A stretch of DNA of 64,000 nucleotides, taken from NCBI GenBank assembly GCA_964106915.2, contig OZ066915.1; one strand, given 5' to 3'. This document shows positions 51,201 to 62,750 of the stretch, in pieces. The position numbers and the translations under genes are program-made. The DNA comes from Podarcis gaigeae. Lineage: Eukaryota. Every line of letters begins with the position of its first letter. The stretch's first letter is position 1. The notes below the pieces were generated by a model. The model was not told where the DNA came from. It searched no databases and saw only the letters and a program-made list of their open reading frames with translations.

Positions 51201-53472
51201 TCTGGTTCTGCTTTTCAGAATAGAACAGGATTGTCAGTTCTATCAATCAGGCAAATTGGGATCCCAACCCTGAGCAGCTTGTCATTTTATCCCACAGTGA
51301 AAGAAGTGAGGAGAGGGATGTGTTTCATGGGGAGACAAGAATTGCGGGCAAGAAATAGAAGTAGCAGGCCATGACGGTCCTGTTATAAAATACCTATAAA
51401 TATCTATAAAGATATTTCAGTCTTTGACAAGCTATGTACATGCTGGCTGGGAGCCACCGAGGTGACTGGAATTGTGTGGGAGAGAGCTGTATGTACTTTG
51501 AAACTATGCAGGGTGGTGAAGAGTCGGTAATTCCTCCTGCCCAGATATGACTCTCTGTTGAGTATCCTGCAGTTCCCACCGATTGCATCTCTAGAGTGTA
51601 GCCAGGGCGGAGAGTGGTGATTGGACTGAGCCTCTCCTTCCACCTTGGGTAATACCTTTGCTGCTGCAAGGCTACCGAGACCATCTCTCTTCTTGCAGCT
51701 CCACCTTCTCCTTCCCACACTGGCTGCACATGCAAAAGTGCTGGCGGCGCAAGCTTAGGGAGGTGGCATTGGGAATATACTGATTGTTCTTTGCCCTCGC
51801 CCTAGCAGGGCGGCACTTGCAGAGTTCAGGCCTGGGCACACTGCCAGTTGGGTTCAAACAACAATCTGGCTGGGAAAAGCCTGGACTGAGTGGTTGTAAG
51901 GGTGGTGAAACTTTGGAAGCAAAGCGGAACTTCTCAGGCAAAGACCCATAAAAGGCCGAATGCTGTGATCTGTATTTGGTTTGCCACTGCTCAGTCTTCC
52001 TCTGGGCATTCCCAAAGTTCCATCTCCTTCCAGTTTTCATTCATCATAATAAGGCCTTGTGGCTTTAGAAGCAGAAAGCCAGCAGGGAGACTTTCCTCCT
52101 TTCTCTGGAATGACCCAAAACTAATCTTGCTTCTCAGAAATTGCATCCTGTAGACAAGCTCAGTTTCACAACTGGCCACCAGCTGCTACTTTTATCCAAA
52201 AAGTTCATACAAAGCAGCTTCTTCTACTTCCAAAACACAAGACTTAGGGAGTTTTACATTTGGGACAAGGGGATGGAAGTCCTCAAACACCTGCAGCACA
52301 AGTGAAAAGCCTTTTTGCCATAAGTGTGCAAACCATTTTATGGCTTGCACTTGTGCCAGTGAGGTATTGGACATGTAGTTTTGTGTGTGTATTGAAAATA
52401 CTAACATGGCTTTAAAAAAAAAAGAGAGAGAAAATTGTATGCATATGTGATGTGGTGTGGTAATTAATGTGCCTTAATATATGTATTTGTGTGCAGTGCA
52501 GAAGTGTCCACTAATGACCACTTGGCCAAATTTCTTTCCCACTGCCTGACCACTCAGATGCAAAGCAAGAGATAAAAGAGGAGCATGATGAGAGCTGCAG
52601 CTGTCACAAGCTTCACTGACAGGCCACTTTAGGGGATGGAGCTTGGGGTTCTGGGCCTGCCAATCCTATTCCATTCTGAAGTGGCCGTCTAACAAAATTG
52701 AGTTGCTGACCAGAGGTATAGGGAGAAAGAGTACATGTGCACTGGTGCTAATAGTGTGTCTGAAGGAGGAGCAAATTGTTGCACGCCACCCCAGTCTCTG
52801 AGTGGTGCAAGATTCTAGGGTACCCAGGGCTTGGTTTCCTTTGGAATGAGGGACAGTGGAGATTGTCGTGTCTTTATGTTGTGTGGTTTATTCACACATC
52901 CGAGCCTACGATGGGGGGTTCAGAGCATTAACATCCCAAGAGGATCTTGCTTCTCCCAGACTTAGATTCCAGCAGAAACCAGGCATAGCTCTGTCTCCCA
53001 ACTGCTCAGCCAGGCAACTTCTAGCTCACATAACTCAAGACCTAACTCTGGCTTTGTCTTTGTAACTACCAGGAACCCACCCATGTGACTTCTAGCACAG
53101 AGCCACTTCCTTTGTTACCTTAAAGGCCCATACTTATAAGTTCATTACCTTACTGGGAAGCTAACTTGGCTATTTCAGAAATGGAATCTGTACTGGATCT
53201 AACAATTAGAAGTGGGGTCAGGCCAGATTAGAGGCAGATTTAGGGGAGCACTGGGCGCAGAACATTGGGGGCACCGTTGAGGATGCAGCAACTATGATTT
53301 AGAGTGAAGCACAAGAGGCAGAGAGGTGGTAATTTTTGACGCCACCCAGGGTGCCACTGAAATATGAGAACCCAAGGTCTGCCACTGGTCAGGCATATAG
53401 CCCCCCCCCAACTCATAACACTCTGTAATGCAAGTGTAGTTAAGGTCTTTGTATGAAATAATGGATTTTAGG

Positions 53473-53491
53473 AATAATAATAGTAATAATA

Positions 53492-53535
<44 letters not shown>

Positions 53536-54045
53536 TTTATTATTTATACCCATTCCATCTGGCTGGGTTTCCCCAGCCACTCTGGGCAGCCTAAAGGTAA
53601 AGGTAAAGGTACCCCTGACCATTAGGTCCAGTCATGACCGACTCTGGGGTTGCGGCACTCATCTCGCTTTATTGGCCGAGGGAGCCAGCGCACAGCTTCC
53701 GGGTCATGTGGCCAGCATGACTAAACCGCTTCTGGGGAACCAGAGCAGCGCATGGAAACGCTGTTTACCTTCCTGCCGGAGCGGTACCTATTTATCTACT
53801 TGCACTTGGACATGCTTTCGAACTGCTAGGTTGGCAGGAGCAGGAACCAAGCAACAGGAGCTCACCCCGTTGGGGGTATTCGAACCACCAACCATTTGAT
53901 CAGCAAGTCCTAGGCTCTGTGGTTTAACCTACAGCACCACCCGCATCCCTCCTGGGCAGCTTATAACATATCTGAAAACATAATAAAAACACCAGTTCTT
54001 AAAAACCTCCCTCAACAGGGCTTCCTACAGATGTCTTCTAAAACG
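53473..54045 (-). mobile_element. L2 LINE 3' end with expanded (TAA)n tail, interrupted by a Sauria SINE
   Basis: 53536-53590 and 53952-54045 resemble the reverse complement of the 59615 L2 tail; (TAA)n at 53473-53535. Confidence 0.75.
53592..53949 (-). mobile_element. Sauria SINE nested in an L2 3' end
   Basis: Reverse-complement match to the 34209 copy; (AAAGGT)n tail; TSD CTGGGCAGC at 53582-53590 and 53952-53960. Confidence 0.88.
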
Positions 54046-55399
54046 TAAGTTTAGGTATCTGTTGTACTAAGTATGTAAACAGAAACAGTGTTTTGTACTT
54101 TAGTGTAAATCAGTAATGCTGGCACTGCCCATTCTGGTGGCAGCAGACATGAAGCGGAAGCAGCATTGATAGGGTGAGGCTGCCTTCCTTCCTTCCTTCT
54201 TTCCCAAAAGCAGTAGCTCCCCACCCCCCCCAACAGCCACTTCCCTTTTTCTTCCTGTGCAGCCAACATCGCCCATCCCTGGCGCTTGCCCTCTGCTGTC
54301 TGTTAGGAAGTCAGGGATACAGGCGGGGAGGGGTCATCCAAACAAATGGGTGCCTCTTGCTCATAGCACTTTTTTCCTGCTTCTTAACTACCATGCAGCT
54401 GCTGTGTATGGTCACTATGCTGATCTTGCCTATATTCAAGTTTTTTTACACATAATTGTCACAGTCTTCTTGTTTTAACTATAGGACAGAATATAGGAAG
54501 CAGCCTCATATCAAATCCATGTAGGTCCACACCAGAGCTTTCCAAGCTTTTCGTGTTGTTGACACACTTTTTAGACATCCATTATTTTGCAACACATTAA
54601 TTCAATTTTACTAGCAAAGCAGAGGTTAAATGAACCCCTTTGCAGCCCGAGGCGGAGCGTGAGGAGTGTTTGTGTGACATACCTACACACTGCGGCCGAC
54701 ACACTAATGTGTCTGTCACGACACAGTTTGGAAAACTCTGGTCTGCACACATTGACTGGCAGTGTCTCTTCATGGTTTAACACAATAATTTTTAATAGCC
54801 CTACCTGGAGTGAACCTGGGACCGTTTGCATACAAAGCACACAGTCATTCAGACACTAATATCGCAACTGGGCGCTGGTTATCTTTCCTTGCTACACCCA
54901 AACACGCACTCCACCAGTGTTTCCTGGTGGTTAGCTCAGTTCCAGAGTGCTGTCGGGGAGGACACTAGGTTTACTGCATGCAGGGCAAAGGTCTCTCCAC
55001 ACGTAAGCTGTTCATCAAACAAGCTTCACTGCTCTAATAGCCCCGTTCTTTTGAAAAACAACTCAGGAGTATTCTTCAGTAGTTCCATGAACTGGTACTC
55101 TCCCTTCGTTTTTGGGAAAACAACCACGTCTTTATTTGAACCAAGGCTGGGCATGTGGGCTCGGTTCTCTTAAATCTGGTTTTTTCCTGTCAGGGTTGCA
55201 GCCTACGAACGTGAGAAACAACCTATTAAGGGCAGGGTCTTTAACAATGCGAAGAGGGAGCCTCCTTCACTACGAAGCAACCACAGCCCAGCCACGTGGA
55301 GCTAAGGAGCCGAGCTTCCAAGTCAGGCATCAGACGTCCTGGGGGTGCCTTAAATACCAGCATCAGGGCCCCGTTTAAACAAGACGCCAGGCAGGCAAG

Positions 55400-56300
55400 G
55401 ATCTATCTCGCACACGCGGAGCCGCCTTCAAAGGCCGCTGCGGCGCAATGTTTGCACGCCATAGCAACGCCTTCCTGGCCCGCGGGTCTGCGGCGTCCCG
55501 GCAGCGCCCACACAGGCGCGTGCAAAGTCGCCCACTGTTCCTCTCGCGAGCCCGGCGTCACGTGTGAACGGCGGCCTGGATCCAGGTGTTCGGCTCCCCG
55601 CCCTTGCAGGGAAGTCTCGGGAGCGCGGGAAATGTAGGTCAGGGCGGAGGGATACGCTGCCTCTGGCCGGCCTCCCTAAGCCTCCTGGGTGGCGTGTGCG
55701 ATTAAGACAAGCTGGAGCCTGCGCCTGCCCCCTCCGGCTGCATTCCGCACCGGCTACGCGGCCTCCGCTCCGCCCCCGGCTCCTGCCCGGCCAGCGCGGA
55801 AGCGGGGAATTTCCTGGCACCACTTGCGGAACAGGAAGGCGGAAATGAAAGCAGCGCCGAGCCAAAATAGATCGGGGAGGGGAAGGGAGCGGCGGCGGGG
55901 GGGGGGGGGTTTCGACTCTCTTAAAGGCGCAGAAGTCGCGATCGGATGAAAGGGTTTCCAATATATATTCAAAACAAAGCCGGTGGGCGGGCGTTCACGA
56001 ATCCACACGATCCTTTCCCGCCCGCTTCCCCAAACACACTCGTCTTTCTGGTCTAAAGAGGTTCTGCCCCAGGTCAACGCGATTTAGAGCGCCGGCGCCG
56101 TGCGAAGAAAGGAAAACCCATTTTCCCCCCCGGCTCGCACCCTCTTGCTTCTGGGTAAGCTTGCTTGCCAGTCCCCCGGCTCCGTACAACGCTAGAATTT
56201 CCTCCAGATAGCATGGAGTGGGGAGATTGGGGAGGGTAATTTTAGTTGGCTGATCTGAAGTCGCCGCCTTTTGTTGCTGCGTGTACCACTCCTGCTTTTG
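55400..56300. promoter_or_regulatory. Orphan CpG island with housekeeping-promoter motifs
   Basis: Dense CpG; TCTCGCGAG 55542-55550, GTCACGTG 55557-55564, GC boxes, several GGAA ETS sites, E2F-like TTTCCCGCC; no recognisable CDS. Confidence 0.6.
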
Positions 56301-57756
56301 TACTCTAAACCGCAGAGCGACACTGTACGGAATTGAAGCAGGCGAAGCTTTCTCTGCCATGCTAGAGAAAGCTTCGCTTAATCTTTGCCTGGCACGGTTC
56401 GGTGATATTAGCAAAGCCAGTTAAAATACGTGACCAACCACAACTTTTTATCAATTTAAAGTGATCGCAAGGGCATCTGTCCTGAGATACTTACCCGAGG
56501 GCCTTTCCATCCTTTGTGCAGCGGCACAATTATAAACTAAGCAAACCTTTCCCCGTTTCCCATGACTGACAGCCCCTTCAAATTCTCCTGTGATCCCAGC
56601 TCCCTACGACAGGCCCTCCCAGGCTGGATTCCCTCCCAGTCTGGGGTCGCAGCCCCTCTTGCTTGGTATTCCAGCTCTACCACTCCCCCAGACCAGTCAA
56701 GCGTCCCCCCTCCTCACAAAGATATGCAGGAGGATTTGTCTGGAAGGCAGAAAGCCTAGAAAAAAATGGGGAGGGGGAAGAGAGCGCCTGAATCAACAGC
56801 TGCATCCCATTCCCTGGCACTTAGCCAAAGAGCCTTAAAGCAAATGAGAAGAATAATGCTGCAGTCTTTCCCTTGCTGTTTGATTGTTCTTGTTTTATGT
56901 AAAAGGTAATACTAGACTTAATAGTGCAAAATCATTCACTTCATTTACTGCTGCCATCTCATTCTAAACTAAACTCTAGTACAAATCTGACTAGTCACCC
57001 ACAAAATATGCATTGCATAAAACAATCCTTTGTTATTGTTTTAAATCCTTTGTTGAATCACATTCATTGTATGTGCAAAAATACACATATACAAACAGGT
57101 GTGAGCTGCTCAATGCACTTTTTTTCAGCTGAAGAGCATGGTAAAACTGCTGCAAATAAATCCAAAGATTTTAACATAAAATCAATATTGAGCAAGGTTG
57201 CTGCCTCAGACACCTTCAGAATACAGGGCTAGATGTGGGACACTGATGAAATGCCTTTACTGTACAGCACTCCTGCTCTGATTACAGGCTACAGTGAACC
57301 TAGCAGTACAGAGATATGTACAGAAATGAGTTTCCCAAGAGATGATTTCTGTGGTACGCTAATTGGCTTCAGTACTTGATTCTAAAAGCAGATGCTTCTT
57401 TTAATTGGTTTGTAAAAGTTGAGGACATTGTTATTCTGAATAGGAGTATGTCCTTTTTTAACTGGGCAGAAAACCCGAACAGTACAGGAAGTATAGTCAG
57501 AGCACACTGTAGATGTTTGGTTGGCTAAGAACTAAACTGCAGTTCAAGTGAAATGCATTACGTATTAACACACTAAGCCAAGTTGGCAATGTAGCCAAAG
57601 CATCTCTAATAACCATCACTTTATTAATGCAGCAAAATGAGTACTCCCAAGACATGTGCAAATGGATCTGCATTGCCTGAGAAAATAGTCCTCTCTCTGT
57701 TGAGGGCGTGCACCTCTGTTTTGCAAGAGGAGCTCTGAAGAGAGGCAAATAACCTT

Positions 57757-57823
57757 TCACCAAGGAGGAGACATGGGTTGTGGGTTTTGCAGATAGGACA
57801 TCACTACAGCCGAGATAGACAAC
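57757..57823 (-). CDS. WDR83OS: WDR83OS (Asterix/PAT10) exon 4
   Basis: tccag|G TTG..., [21 protein letters not shown] then TGA; minus-strand AATAAA at 57620-57625. The four exons sum to 321 nt = 106 aa + stop. Confidence 0.95.
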
Positions 57824-58670
57824 CTGGAAAGAAGACAGGAGTTATAATCAGGGCAGGAACGTTAATATTACACCAATAATAGCAATGCAAATAGTAATGT
57901 CAACAGAATGAATTACAAATGTGACCAAAGAATCTCAGTGTGTTCAGTGTATTCAAATTAAAAAGTTTATATGGGATGTGTTACTAAGCTTGCTTGGGAA
58001 CTGTGTATTTGACTTGAGTTTGAACCTGATTGTGGATCCTGTGTGTGCATCCCTCAGAGACACTGGAGGATTGGGGAATGAGTCTGGTACAAGGGGAACC
58101 TCTTTCTGCTGCAGCCACTAGACCAATTCCCAAAGAATGAACAGCTAGCCACAGATAGAGCTGGCTCAGAAAATTAGCACAATAGCCATATTAAAGTGAG
58201 CTAGCATGTACATTAGGATCCTTGGGATCAGGGATGTGGAGCCTGTAGTCTATCAATATCTGGAGGGCTACAACTTTATAAACATCCCTGTCTACTAGCC
58301 ATGCTGGCTGGGGCTGATGTGGCTTAGAACCCAACATCTGGAGAGCCCCAGCCCTAGTCTGGCTAGTGAAGCAACACTTCAAGGTTTCTGGGAAGTAAAT
58401 GACTTAATCAGAAAGAATGGAACTTATTAAGAAAAAGGCAGAATAAACATTTATCTGTGAATACGTTATTACAAGGTCCAAATGATTAAGGCTACCCCAA
58501 AATGAGGTTGAATAGATTAGGAGGAAAAGGAAGAAGTATTGTTACCAATGATTAATCTGCTGAGACAAGCAGCAAAAGAGAAATTATCAGTGTGGTAGGT
58601 GAAATATAACTAGAGAAAACAAAAAAATTCCTTCCAGTAGCACCTTAAAGACCAACTAAGTCAGTTCTTG

Positions 58671-58708
58671 GTATGAGCTTTCGTGTGCATGCACACTTCT
58701 TCAGATAC
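58671..58708 (-). ncRNA. Minimal type I hammerhead ribozyme motif (minus-strand copy, sense to WDR83OS pre-mRNA)
   Basis: Exact mirror image of 58720-58757. Confidence 0.7.
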
Positions 58709-58719
58709 ACTTCAGATGT

Positions 58720-58757
58720 GTATCTGAAGAAGTGTGCATGCACACGAAAGCTCATAC
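58720..58757 (+). ncRNA. Minimal type I hammerhead ribozyme motif (plus-strand copy)
   Basis: GTAT-CTGAAGA-A-GTGTG catg CACAC-GAAA-GC-TC-ATAC: stem I GTAT/ATAC, core CUGAnGA and GAAA, stem II, palindromic AGCU stem III. Confidence 0.7.
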
Positions 58758-59204
58758 CAAGAACTGACTTAGTTGGTCTTTAAGGTGCTACTGGAAGGAA
58801 TTTTTTTGTTTTGACTATGGCAGACCAACACGGCTACCTATCTGTAACTATAACTAGAGAAATTAGCCCAGACTGGATTTGGGCGTGGGGAAGATTGGAT
58901 TAGTTACATCCAAGAGCTCCATTGTGGGTATTCAAGGTGCCAGGCCACTCATTTTCATTCCAATGAAGGGATCCTCAGGGTGGGGCTTGCCTTGAGCTTT
59001 ATAATCTTTCAGAGCAATAGTTTCTGGGCAAGAGATGCTGGTTGAAGTTTCCACACAAGTGCTGTACCCTTAACTTTCCATGTGCAACTGCTTACTGTTT
59101 GTGGCAAAGGGAAAGCAGCTGTGTGCCTCTTGTCTCAAAGTAAACTTGGCAGCAGTAAGAAATTAACACAGGACTCAATGAAAGGCTGAAAGAACCTGAC
59201 TCAC

Positions 59205-59302
59205 ATGAAGCTGCTCATCATCTGTTTGGTATCTTCTGAACTCCGAGAGTTGGCAAAGCTGATGAATGAACAGTAGACAGCAATCCAGGCACACCACTTT
59301 AG
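59205..59302 (-). CDS. WDR83OS: WDR83OS exon 3
   Basis: tgcag|CTA..., [33 protein letters not shown], donor AT|GTGAGT. Confidence 0.95.
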
Positions 59303-59427
59303 CTGCAAACAGCACAGAGTAATGTAGTGAAAGCTTTAATGAAGTCTCAAGGATTAAGCAAAACTATTTATTCCTTAGTAAAAGTGTAAAACCATGATAA
59401 GCACTCTGCCTTGTTTCTTTACTCAAT

Positions 59428-59612
59428 TCATAGGAAACTTCCTTACGGTGAGTCAGGCTATTGCTCCATCTAGCTCAATATTGTCTACAATGATTGACAA
59501 TGGCTCTCCAGGGTTTCAGGTAGGGGGATACTCCAATCCTTACTTCAGGGATGCCAGGGATGGTATTGGGAGCAAAGTAGATGTTCTGTTATTGAGCTTA
59601 CGACCCTTCCCC
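59428..59612 (-). mobile_element. Old tRNA-derived squamate SINE (related copies near 21705-21835 and 27010-27160)
   Basis: Shared body ...ccctggagagcc...gtagacaatattgagctagatgga...ctgactca...ttcctatg across the copies. Confidence 0.6.
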
Positions 59613-59614
59613 TT

Positions 59615-60070
59615 GAGGAACTGCTGCCGAGACCATATAACACCGGTCCTGAAAGATCTTCATTGGCTCACAGTAAGTTTCCAAGCACAATCCAGAGTGT
59701 TGGTGCTGACCTTTAAATCCCTAAACGGCCTCGGTCCTGTATACCTGAAGGAGAGTCTCCACCCCCATCATCCAGCCCGGACACTGAGGTCCAGCCTGAG
59801 GCCTTCTGGGGGTTCCCTTGCTGCGAGAAGTGAGGTTACAGGGAACCAGGCAGAGGGCCTTCTTGGTAGTGGCGCATGCCCTGTGGAATGCCCTCCCAGC
59901 AGATGTTAAGGCAATAAACAACTATTTTACTTTTAAAAGACAACTGTTTAGGGAAGTTTTTAATGTCTGATGCTGTATTGTTTTTAATATTCGGTTGGAA
60001 GCCACCCAGAGTGTCTGGGGAAACCCAGCCAGGTGGGCGGGTTACAAATAATAAATTATTATTATTATTA
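59615..60070 (+). mobile_element. L2 LINE 3' fragment in WDR83OS intron 2
   Basis: ORF2 C-terminal motif RDHITPVLKDLHWL...VLVLTFKSLNGLGPVYLKE, 3' stem-loop and (TTA)n tail. Confidence 0.85.
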
Positions 60071-60712
60071 TGTAATACTTACTACAATTATTAACTAACG
60101 CCATTGTTCAAAGACTTGATATAATTTCAGACTCCTACCACAATTGACAGGTGTTATTACCTCTCTTATCTAGAAAAAAAGTGAAGCACTCTGACTCAGA
60201 GGTCTTTATAAGTAATTTCAAATTAGACTCCATAGCTAACATGAATTGAAGCATCATGAAATCATTATTTACTCTCAACATTCAAATGATTGATCAGCCT
60301 TTGCGGCCCAATAAATGTTCATCATCTGTGCACTATTCTCTTATCTGACTATTGTGAAGAATTGTTTAGCAGTTGGGTAGCATTCCTTGGAGAGACTAAA
60401 ATAGCAGGGAAATAAGGAAGGTTTAAGCACAGGAATATTATGCAGTTAATCTGACAGAAAGAAGGAAAAGAAGCTGTGTCATTTACTACTAGAATAAGAT
60501 TCTCAATCCAGGTCTGTTAGGCACATTAAACTAACCTGGGGTTGTTGATGACAGATTACCTTCCAGAGATTATATGATTTTCAAAATTATACAACCCAAC
60601 AGCAGTGTAATAATTAGAAGATAACAAGCAGCTGGTAGAATCTTGTGCTTAATTTGCTCAGCTAGTGTTCTGCATGTCCTGAAGTCAAAAGGCCAAGCAC
60701 TGCAATACTCAC

Positions 60713-60818
60713 CTTCAGCATCAAGCCACACATACTAAAAATCATTCCCAGTAGATTCATGTAGTCTGGTGTGGGGTCTTCCAGGGTAGGGTTATTCTCT
60801 GTGGATGGAGGTTTGTAT
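60713..60818 (-). CDS. WDR83OS: WDR83OS exon 2
   Basis: tatag|A TAC..., [35 protein letters not shown], donor AAG|GTGAGT. Confidence 0.95.
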
Positions 60819-62275
60819 CTATAAAGTAAAAATCCCAATTATGGTGGAAAGAAAATATTTTAAATTATGCTTGAAAATAAAACATTAGCTTTATCCACCA
60901 CCATATCAAAATAAGGCATAAGACATCAATGGGAGTTTCTCTGCTGCTAATAAGGCTTTGTGTAGCTTCAAGCCAACATAGAGTTGTTTAGGTGTGGGGA
61001 ACCTTTAGTCCTCCACATGTTGCTGAAGTACAACTCCTATCAGCTCCAGCAAGCATGGCCAATGGCCAGGAATAAAGGGAGTCATATTTAAGTAACATCT
61101 GGAGGCCAAACATTCTCTGAACTTGCTCTAGTGCTGTGGAAAAAGAAATGGTGCCAGTCTCTCACAGTTCAAGAAAATCATCTCTCCTAAAGGTTACTCA
61201 GTCACATCTTTCTGGATTTTCCTAGCACTCATTACATGTTGTGGAAATTATATACTGCACTTCTTCTGTATGTTGCAAGAATGAGTGCTTTCTATATACC
61301 CATGAAATCATTAGTGACCAGCAACACAAGCAACTAATACTATTCTGTAAACTTTTTAAAACTTTGTTTTATAAAAAAAGGTGTAACTGCCCTGTGTTTC
61401 TGGCATGTTCATGTGTCCGTTTTAAAAAAGTGATGGATATGTGTTGGGAAAGGTTTCTAGCTAAGTGACAGCACAACATTCTTTGCATACTTAGGGTGGA
61501 ATTCAATGTAGTGCTAAGTAGGCTATATGCATGTACAACATGAGGTCTGCTCATGCAACAATACTCCCCCCCTGCCCCCCCTAATGCTGTCTGGGGGAAC
61601 CACCCAATCATCCAGTGCATATTTAGGGGGTGGAGCGAGTATATGGTTAGGAAGTCCTACTGCATATGTGGATTTTGTTCTGTACACGCAACAACGCTGT
61701 TAAATCCTGCCCCAAATGTCTCCAGGTCAATATACAGAGCAAGATGTGCCAAGTGTAAGCGCCTATGAGCAAGGTCACCCTGAACGCTACAGCAACAGCT
61801 CACCACTTTCTTTGTCAACAACAAATTGTTGCTCTTTTTTGTGTTGAATATATGCTATATGATAATCTATGGACCTAACAGGTATCTAAAGCCATTTGCA
61901 CATAACAAAATATGTATTTTATCAAAGTAATTATTGAACTGAAATACAATTAAGAAGAAGTATATTTTGGAAATGTACATCCAGTTTTTCCCCCTTTAAA
62001 ATTTTTTGGGGCCCCCAAGAGAGTGGGGCCCTATGCCATAGCTTGTTAGCTTATACGTAAATCCGGCACTGCACACGCACACACACATATATCCCCCGTA
62101 AGTGTGGACTGGTGGCCACACTATTCTCTTGAACAAGGACTTGCAGTTGGGGGCACATTTTGATCCTCACCAGTCAACCACCACTAGCCATCTCTGTCCC
62201 TGAATCTCCCTCTGCTGCAGTTTCCCCCGTGAAAAGTTTCCCCTATTGCCCAGTCTGGTGGCTATTAGGAAAGGC

Positions 62276-62279
<4 letters not shown>

Positions 62280-62309
<30 letters not shown>
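62280..62309. repeat. (CT)n microsatellite in WDR83OS intron 1, next to the promoter
   Basis: Pure CT run. Confidence 0.95.
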
Positions 62310-62315
<6 letters not shown>

Positions 62316-62319
62316 CGCC

Positions 62320-62750
62320 TTGCGTTTCCATGGCGACCCCATGCCCGTCCCGCGCTACAGCGAGGGGTGACGTCTCAGCGCCCCCTTCCGCATCACACGC
62401 CACTCCCTCGGCTCAATCTTTCCGTGCCAAAGGTCGCCCCGCTCGCGCCCTCTCCGTGGCTTTGCCCGGGCAGCTCACCCGCCCCCCGCCCCCCCCCCGT
62501 CGCTGACCTGAGAACGCGATTTGGCCGCCGCGGGTCCATTACGTTGTTACCGGCCATGGTGCACCGCCTCTGGCTAACTCCGAGCAGCGCCCCCCCCCTC
62601 GGTCGCCGCCGCCGCCACACCAACTTCCGCTTCCTTTCAGTGGCGCAAGGGGGACAACTAAGAGTGCAACACCCCGGAGTTCAAGTCTTCTCGTTCCGGT
62701 CATCATTCCCGAGGCCGCAGTACTTGGAGACGGTTTAGCGGATTAATCTT
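62320..62750. promoter_or_regulatory. Bidirectional CpG-island promoter shared by WDR83OS and WDR83
   Basis: Head-to-head genes; tandem ETS-type ACTTCCGCTTCC near 62623, TTCCGG near 62694; X-box-like GTTTCCATGGCGAC 62324-62337. Confidence 0.7.
62508..62557 (-). CDS. WDR83OS: WDR83OS exon 1
   Basis: accATGG at 62557, MAGNNVMDPRRPNRVLR, donor AG|GTCAGC. Confidence 0.94.

Larger units (their letters stand above)
58616..58848. mobile_element. Penelope-like element remnant: perfect 95-bp inverted repeat plus short tail, flanked by a target-site duplication
   Basis: Arms 58616-58710 and 58718-58812 are exact reverse complements around a 7-nt spacer; direct repeat TATAACTAGAGAAA at 58605-58618 and 58849-58862; hammerhead motif in each arm. 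Confidence 0.8.

Noticed and set aside
54544-54575. Degenerate hammerhead-like string on the minus strand (ctaaaaagtgtg...cacgaaaagctt); similar traces near 23545-23578 and 36935-36980
   Set aside because: Catalytic core residues (CUGAnGA or GAAA) are mutated and stems are broken; at most eroded Penelope remnants, too short to support.
54571-55173. Protein-looking ORFs next to the orphan CpG island
   Set aside because: No recognisable homology, no consistent splice chain, and overlapping ORFs on both strands are expected by chance.
59394-59909. 171-aa ORF
   Set aside because: Chimera of an antisense SINE and an L2 ORF2 3' fragment inside WDR83OS intron 2.
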